Below, one piece after another: positions 58,146-64,000 of a stretch of 64,000 nt of DNA; position 1 is the stretch's first letter, and every line of letters starts with the position of its first letter. The DNA is from a virus (taxonomy: Duplodnaviria > Caudoviricetes). Below the pieces are notes generated by a model. The model ran no database searches. It was not told where the DNA came from and saw only the letters and a list, made by a program, of their open reading frames with translations. Made by a program: the position numbers and the translations under genes. The stretch lies in IMG/VR virus record IMGVR_UViG_3300021425_003554; one strand, given 5' to 3'.

Positions 58146-58716
58146 AATTATATTAACCGATGTTGACGGTGTTCTTCTCGAATGGGAAAAACATTTTAGA
58201 CAATGGATGATGTCCAGGGGATTCACACTAAGAAAAGGTGCTGAAAAAAAGTATTCCATGATTGAAAGATATGGAATAAAAAAAGAACTAAAGGAATCAC
58301 TCATTGAAGAATTTAATCGATCTGCATGGATGTCAATACAAGAGCCCATGCCCGATTCACAAACTTGGGTAAAACTATTGCACGCCGAAGGTTGGACATT
58401 TATACCAATAACATCACAAACTACCGATATACCTGCACAAGAATTAAGGAAAAAAAGACTGAAAGAATTATTTGGCGGTACTGTGTTTGAAAATTTTATT
58501 ATATTAGACACAGGAGCTCACAAAGATGCGGCCTTGGCCGAATTTCATGGAACGAATTTATGGTGGATAGAAGATAAATGGTCTAACGCAAAAAAAGGAT
58601 TAGAATTTGGATTAAGACCGTTGATCTATAATCATACATATAATCAAAAATTTTATGACAAAAAGATCACTAGAGTAAATAATTGGAAACACATTTATCA
58701 AATTATCAATAAATGA
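58129..58716 (+). CDS. HAD-family 5'(3')-nucleotidase-like protein
   Basis: ILTDVDGVLL.W, ITS, WIED. Confidence 0.8.
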   Translation: MHQSNKIILTDVDGVLLEWEKHFRQWMMSRGFTLRKGAEKKYSMIERYGIKKELKESLIEEFNRSAWMSIQEPMPDSQTWVKLLHAEGWTFIPITSQTTDIPAQELRKKRLKELFGGTVFENFIILDTGAHKDAALAEFHGTNLWWIEDKWSNAKKGLEFGLRPLIYNHTYNQKFYDKKITRVNNWKHIYQIINK

Positions 58717-58734
58717 AAATAAACTCTAGTAATA

Positions 58735-60000
58735 ATGTTTGAAAAAGAAAAAAAATATTTCCCAATAAAAACAAAAACGGCTTGCCAACTCAAGTGGAAT
58801 TGGTCTACAATTATTTTGACCGAAGGAACGACCAGTAGTTGTCACAGATGTCTCAAAGTACCTTTGGACAAAGACAATTTTGATAATTTTCATAACTTGC
58901 CACACAAGATAAAAGAACGCGAAATTATGTTACAAGGTAAATGGCCCACAAAAGAAAACGGTGGTTCGGGACATTGCACATACTGTAAAGATATTGAGGA
59001 CTCCGGAGGGTTGAGTGATAGACAGCATCATTTAAACATACCTAACCAAGTTCCGGAAGAATTAGAAAATGATACCACACTTACCAAAATAACTCCAAAG
59101 GTTTTAGAAATTTTTCTAAATAAAACGTGTAATCTTAAATGCACTTATTGTAATACAAGAAACAGTACACAATGGAATATTGAATCAAAAAAATTTGGTC
59201 CACTTAAAGACACAAACGGAAATGAATTTTCTGGATATACTTTCAGTGAAAGTGTGCCCGAACATCGACAACTTTTTGAAAAATCCATGGATTGGATTAA
59301 AAGAAACGGTAGTAAATTAACTAGACTACATTTACTGGGTGGGGAAACTTTTTATCAATCAGAACTACAAGAAGTAATTGATACATTATCGTCACTGAAA
59401 AATCCAAACCTAGAACTTAATATTGTTTCTAATTTAATGGTTAAAGAAAATACTTACAAAAACTATATAGAGCAAATCAAAAAACTTTGCATAGATAGAA
59501 ACATTGGTAGATTTGATCTCACTGTCAGCATAGATGGTTGGGGCAAGGAAGCCGAGCTCGCTAGATTTGGTTTGAAGTTGGATCATTGGGAAAAACTATT
59601 CCAATATACGGTCAATCAAAAATGGATTTTTTTGAATACCAATCAAGTCATTACTGCTTTAACCATGCGTACTATTCCGGATTTAATTAATATAATACAA
59701 AAATATAGAAAAATAAGAACTATAAACCAAGAAATTACATTTGTTGATGGAAGAGAATGGATGCATCCTAAAATTTTTGGGAAAAAATTTTGGGAAAACG
59801 ATATCAAAAAAATATTAGATATCATGCCAGAAGATAATGAAAATAATAAAAATGCCAAAAAATATATGGCAGGTTGTTTAAACTCTTTACCAGATGAACA
59901 AAATAAAAAGTTAATACAAGAATTAAAATATTTTTTAGATCAATTAGATCGTAGAAGAAACACAAACTGGAAAGAAGTCTATCCTTATTTAGATATATAA
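58735..60000 (+). CDS. radical SAM protein with N-terminal Cys-rich (SPASM/twitch-like) region
   Basis: CNLKCTYC, LLGGETF, SIDG; N-terminal SCHRC and C..C cysteines. Confidence 0.85.
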   Translation: MFEKEKKYFPIKTKTACQLKWNWSTIILTEGTTSSCHRCLKVPLDKDNFDNFHNLPHKIKEREIMLQGKWPTKENGGSGHCTYCKDIEDSGGLSDRQHHLNIPNQVPEELENDTTLTKITPKVLEIFLNKTCNLKCTYCNTRNSTQWNIESKKFGPLKDTNGNEFSGYTFSESVPEHRQLFEKSMDWIKRNGSKLTRLHLLGGETFYQSELQEVIDTLSSLKNPNLELNIVSNLMVKENTYKNYIEQIKKLCIDRNIGRFDLTVSIDGWGKEAELARFGLKLDHWEKLFQYTVNQKWIFLNTNQVITALTMRTIPDLINIIQKYRKIRTINQEITFVDGREWMHPKIFGKKFWENDIKKILDIMPEDNENNKNAKKYMAGCLNSLPDEQNKKLIQELKYFLDQLDRRRNTNWKEVYPYLDI

Positions 60001-60004
60001 TAGT

Positions 60005-60685
60005 ATGAGTTTAAAAGTATATGTGGGTTGGGATTCTCGAGAAGATATAGCATATCAGGTATGTGAGCATTCCATTAAAAGAAGAGATTCTTTGGCAGAA
60101 GTAATTCCTCTTAAACAAAATGAGATGAGAGCACAAGGAATTTACACCAGAGAAAAAGATAAACTTGCCTCTACAGAATTTACATTTACAAGATTTTTTG
60201 TACCTTACTTAAACGACTACAAGGGTTGGGCAGTATTTTGTGACTGTGATTTTGTATGGCGTGTATCTACAAAAGAACTAGAACAATACTGCGATGATTC
60301 AAAAGCGGTAGTGTGCGTACAACACGATTACCAACCAAAAGAAACAACAAAAATGGATGGACAGTTACAAACAGTGTATCCTAGAAAAAATTGGAGTTCT
60401 ATGGTATTATGGAATTGTGGTCATCCAAAAAATAAAATACTAACCACAGATTTTTTAAACGAACAAACTCCAAAATTCTTACACAGATTTAGTTGGTTGG
60501 AAGATTCAGAAATAGGCTCTTTACCACATCATTACAATTGGTTAGTTGGTTGGTACAAAGAACCCGAAGACGGCAAACCAAAAATATTACATTACACAGA
60601 AGGCGGGCCATGGTTTGATGGTTATCGAGAATGTGAATATGCCGATGTATGGAAGAAAGAAGTTATAAATCTTTTTTCAAATTAA
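60005..60685 (+). CDS. glycosyltransferase (GT8-like)
   Basis: VGWDSRE, STEFTF.RF, F.DCD, YPRKNWSS, HYT.GGPW. Confidence 0.85.
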   Translation: MSLKVYVGWDSREDIAYQVCEHSIKRRDSLAEVIPLKQNEMRAQGIYTREKDKLASTEFTFTRFFVPYLNDYKGWAVFCDCDFVWRVSTKELEQYCDDSKAVVCVQHDYQPKETTKMDGQLQTVYPRKNWSSMVLWNCGHPKNKILTTDFLNEQTPKFLHRFSWLEDSEIGSLPHHYNWLVGWYKEPEDGKPKILHYTEGGPWFDGYRECEYADVWKKEVINLFSN

Positions 60686-61391
60686 AATCTTCAATAAATT
60701 TTTGTAGAGCAATCACATCATTTTCTAGATGTCGTGATTTCACTTTTTCCCAAACATATTGATCTCTGTTGGATATATTGAAATTTTTTCTTATTTGCTG
60801 TCCTGCATTGTCATCCAATATTTTTTTTGCTTTGAATTCAACTGTCGGCAAATAAAGACATCTGTTTAACTTACGTGCAACTTTTTGAGTGTAGGAATCG
60901 ACATGCCAATGCCAAAAATAAACAGGAGCAAGATACCCTAATGTGTTTGTCCAATTTTTATGAACAGCAAAATGTGCCGCTGGCAAAGGTTCGTCTCCCC
61001 ATAATTGTGTTTCATTACTTAATTGTTTTGTTCCTTTATTCCTGCCATCGTTTGGTACGACCATTAAAATTTTATCATCAAAATTATTAAATTGTTCTAT
61101 TATTAATTGATCCCAATCTTTAGTTTTAACTTGTACATCGTCTCCCATGAGCATCACAATGTCGTTGGTTGCTTTTTCACACATCAAATTCCAACTGTAA
61201 CACGTTGATTGGTTGGGACCTATCGTATAGTGTTTTTCATCAATGATATCACGATAATGCTCTAACTTTTCATCATCATCATTTAAATAAAAAAGAAATT
61301 CAGTTTCGTTTTTTTGATTAGCCGTTGCTGTATCAATTAAACGTTTGGCCAATTCGGGTCTTCCTCTAGAAGGACAACAAAACGAAATCAT
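60663..61391 (-). CDS. glycosyltransferase (GT2-like)
   Basis: PSRGRP, ..DD, MGDD DxD-like, WH.D. Confidence 0.75.
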   Translation of the reverse strand: MISFCCPSRGRPELAKRLIDTATANQKNETEFLFYLNDDDEKLEHYRDIIDEKHYTIGPNQSTCYSWNLMCEKATNDIVMLMGDDVQVKTKDWDQLIIEQFNNFDDKILMVVPNDGRNKGTKQLSNETQLWGDEPLPAAHFAVHKNWTNTLGYLAPVYFWHWHVDSYTQKVARKLNRCLYLPTVEFKAKKILDDNAGQQIRKNFNISNRDQYVWEKVKSRHLENDVIALQKFIEDFNLKKDL

Positions 61392-62392
61392 ATTAATTTA
61401 TTTTTCCAAGTATCGGGTGTGTGTTCATTAATAATTTCTAAAGGTAAATGATATTGAAATTTTTTTGTTCCTCTAGATCTGATATATTCTGCTGTTTTTT
61501 TAACAGACTGTCTCATATTTGTTGTTGTTTTATATCCTAGGAGTGTTCTAGCCTTGTCAGAAGAACACGTTGCTAATTTTACTTCTTTTGGTCTATCTTT
61601 ATGATGTATAGGATTTAGATTTACACCTGTTTCATTGGCACACGCTTCCGCCAATTGATTTATGGTAACAGGTTCTTCGTCGGGTCCTATGTTAACTACT
61701 TCACCTACTACATTATCATTAAATGCCAATGCATTTAAACAATACAAACAATCGTCGATATAACTAAAACATCTTTTCTGTTCGCCATCTCCGTATATGA
61801 TCGGCTGTTTGCCTTGCAACATCCTGTTCAACATTATACTCATTACATTTCTAAAAGGATCATCATATTTCTGTCGAGGTCCTACAATATTATGAGGCAC
61901 AGCAATAACATATTCCACACCGTGTGTTTCACATAGATTTTTTAAAACGTCTTCACCGGCTTTTTTTGCAATACCATATGGATCTTGTGGTCGACATTCG
62001 TAAGTTTCTTTATAAGGTAATTCGTCATGATGTCCATATCTTGCCATACTCGAGCAATATACAATCCTTTTGACATTATTTCTAATAGCCGCAGTAATTG
62101 TAGTTACAGAGGCTTCAAAAATATTTCTAGTAACTAAAACTGGAGAAAATACCGATAGACCTTCGTATGCCGTGGCCGCTGTATGATAGACAATATCGCA
62201 GTCTTTCATTGCTTTAGTCAAATTTTCTAAATCGCAACAATCTATTTGATGAAACTCCACATCTTGTGGTACATTATCAACATACCCACCAATCATGTTA
62301 TCATTACCAGCAACAGTGTGTCCGTTTGATAACATCAGGTCTGCTAAATGAGATCCAAGGAATCCTGCAACTCCAGTTATAAAAATTTTCAT
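61388..62392 (-). CDS. NAD-dependent epimerase/dehydratase
   Basis: ITGVAGFLGSH, SSMARYG, PYG.AK (YxxxK), HN.VGP. Confidence 0.93.
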   Translation of the reverse strand: MKIFITGVAGFLGSHLADLMLSNGHTVAGNDNMIGGYVDNVPQDVEFHQIDCCDLENLTKAMKDCDIVYHTAATAYEGLSVFSPVLVTRNIFEASVTTITAAIRNNVKRIVYCSSMARYGHHDELPYKETYECRPQDPYGIAKKAGEDVLKNLCETHGVEYVIAVPHNIVGPRQKYDDPFRNVMSIMLNRMLQGKQPIIYGDGEQKRCFSYIDDCLYCLNALAFNDNVVGEVVNIGPDEEPVTINQLAEACANETGVNLNPIHHKDRPKEVKLATCSSDKARTLLGYKTTTNMRQSVKKTAEYIRSRGTKKFQYHLPLEIINEHTPDTWKNKLI

Positions 62393-63027
62393 ATACGATT
62401 ATTTACAAATACCTTATCCGGCCAAATATTAATTAGTGTTCTAAATCCTAGATCTTCTAGATATTTTTCAATCTCAATATTACTCGATTGATATTTTTTA
62501 GAATTATTATTCAATTCTATCATTAAAAATTTACATTTTTTTAAAGTTTTTTCACCACCTTTTAAAACTTTCATTTCAAAGCCTTCCACATCAATTTTGA
62601 TCAAATCAACATTATCAAAATTAAAATCGTCAATTGTTTGTAGTTGTATATTACCATTTTCGATTATTCTTTTGGCTTGTGTAAAATCATCATTAGATAG
62701 AGATACCATGTCATTACTATCACCTAACGCAATCATTTTTGGATCAACATTTACATATGGAGCAACGTTTCTGGTCAAACAAGTAAAATGAGTTTTATCT
62801 GGTTCGAAAGCATGAACCCGCTGACTATATTTGGCTATTGCTATTGACCACGTTCCACACCATGCTCCGATGTCTAACACAGTTCTAAAAGTTTGATGTT
62901 GAGACTTGCACCATTCAATAAAACTATTCAAACATTTATTTTGTGTGAAAGGTTGTCCGTTTTTCCATTGCTCGATATGTATATCATTAGATGGTACCCA
63001 TAAATTATTAACTTTCTCTATCTTCAT
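62389..63027 (-). CDS. FkbM-family methyltransferase
   Basis: LDIGAWCG, AFEP, IKIDVEGFE..VL.G. Confidence 0.9.
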   Translation of the reverse strand: MKIEKVNNLWVPSNDIHIEQWKNGQPFTQNKCLNSFIEWCKSQHQTFRTVLDIGAWCGTWSIAIAKYSQRVHAFEPDKTHFTCLTRNVAPYVNVDPKMIALGDSNDMVSLSNDDFTQAKRIIENGNIQLQTIDDFNFDNVDLIKIDVEGFEMKVLKGGEKTLKKCKFLMIELNNNSKKYQSSNIEIEKYLEDLGFRTLINIWPDKVFVNNRI

Positions 63028-63839
63028 AATATTTTAAGATCCTGTAAAATCTTTACTGCAACACCATTGTCAAATTCTTCCGGAGTGAACTGTTGATAAC
63101 AAAGACTGTTGAACCAGTCCGTGGGGTCTTGCCAGTTGGGATTTTCGATATCTGCTAAATTCGTATTAGTAATTGGTGCCGCAAAACTACTAGGATGACA
63201 AAAAACCGGTATACCCATTGCTATTGCTTCAACGGCAACTGTGCTTACACTAGTCACAACTGCCCAAGCATTTTTAAGATCCTCGGACAATGGCACATCT
63301 GCTTCACTCGGACCACTGGTTCCTCTACCTCTAGGTTTTTCTCTCCATTTAAGCGGACGGTCTGTATACTGACTAAGTTCGTGCATAGTATTAACATGCC
63401 AATTATTTTCACCAAAACAATTTTGCATATTATAACTGCTCGGACATATCAGTATGTGCTCGCCTTTTTTTCTAATGTCATTTATCTTAACGTCAAATTT
63501 TTTAAAACGATCCGAAGGACAACCTTCAATCAAAGGAACGTGTATTCCGTTTTTTGAAATCCTCCACCAATGATTATCTGGTTTTAAATTCTTATTATTA
63601 AATCTTCCAAAGTATGGTGCATCTGTATACCACCAATCTTGTTTGCCATACATTTTTAGGTATTTGATCATGTCAAGATTATGATTTACCAATCCCCAAA
63701 ACATACACGGAGTATCAGGAGATTGCTCGACGCTGTTATCGGCCACAAATACCTTTGTTGGCCATGTTTTTTTAACACCGTTAAAGACTTCCCACGCCTT
63801 ACTCTTGGGATTACTAAACGGTGCGTAAATTGTTAACAT
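63024..63839 (-). CDS. glycosyltransferase-like / capsule-biosynthesis-like protein
   Basis: R.KP, L..A.AVVT..ST.AVEA...GIPVF GT-B C-terminal motif. Confidence 0.65.
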   Translation of the reverse strand: MLTIYAPFSNPKSKAWEVFNGVKKTWPTKVFVADNSVEQSPDTPCMFWGLVNHNLDMIKYLKMYGKQDWWYTDAPYFGRFNNKNLKPDNHWWRISKNGIHVPLIEGCPSDRFKKFDVKINDIRKKGEHILICPSSYNMQNCFGENNWHVNTMHELSQYTDRPLKWREKPRGRGTSGPSEADVPLSEDLKNAWAVVTSVSTVAVEAIAMGIPVFCHPSSFAAPITNTNLADIENPNWQDPTDWFNSLCYQQFTPEEFDNGVAVKILQDLKIL

Positions 63840-63910
63840 TAATTTAATCTTTTATTAAAAATATTATCTTGGACATTTGTATATTTTATAGTATAATTAA
63901 CAGAAATACA

Positions 63911-64000
63911 ATGATTTATAAAAATATTACCAGCATAAAGTATTTTGAAGAACGATTTCAAAAATACGACTCGGCAATAAGTTACTCGGTAAACTATCAC
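63911..64000 (+). CDS. 5' start of a divergent gene (partial)
   Basis: MIYKNITSIKYFEERF... open to the window end; TTGGAC-N17-TATAAT upstream (63869-63897). Confidence 0.45.
   Translation, partial: MIYKNITSIKYFEERFQKYDSAISYSVNYH

Noticed and set aside
1-64000. Alternative genetic code, introns or inteins
   Set aside because: Core genes (portal, MCP, terminase, sheath, UvsX, gp32) are full length and uninterrupted under the standard code, and all three stop codons terminate genes
63840-64000. Minus-strand open frame running into the 63839 start
   Set aside because: Translation looks non-protein-like; the plus-strand ORF at 63911 with a promoter is the more plausible gene

Overview
64 kb from a large, AT-rich, T4-superfamily myophage genome. 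Evidence: T4-like portal, prohead protease, scaffold, major capsid, neck, sheath, tube and terminase, gp32, UvsX/UvsY, gp46, and TATAAATA/TAAATA late-promoter motifs in front of most morphogenesis genes. Layout: end of gp47/gp46 and a histone-H1(Hc1)-like gene (1-2.3 kb); a minus-strand accessory operon with a tripartite tricarboxylate transporter (TctA+TctC) and sulfotransferase-like, 2OG-Fe(II) oxygenase and methyltransferase genes (2.4-7.1 kb); a ~450-nt ORF-free, highly structured region that looks like a large ncRNA (7.1-7.57 kb); an ATE/Bpt-like aminoacyl-tRNA-protein transferase and DUF1415; a gp26-like gene with an apparent -1 programmed frameshift next to the tape measure; the head module; a long run of fibre/virion proteins; neck, tail and packaging genes; recombination genes; and a glycosylation/radical-SAM cluster. 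No tRNA, rRNA, CRISPR array, integrase, reverse transcriptase, intron or intein was recognised. All product calls come from motif recognition by eye with no database searches. The host is unknown; a marine or aquatic proteobacterium is only an inference.
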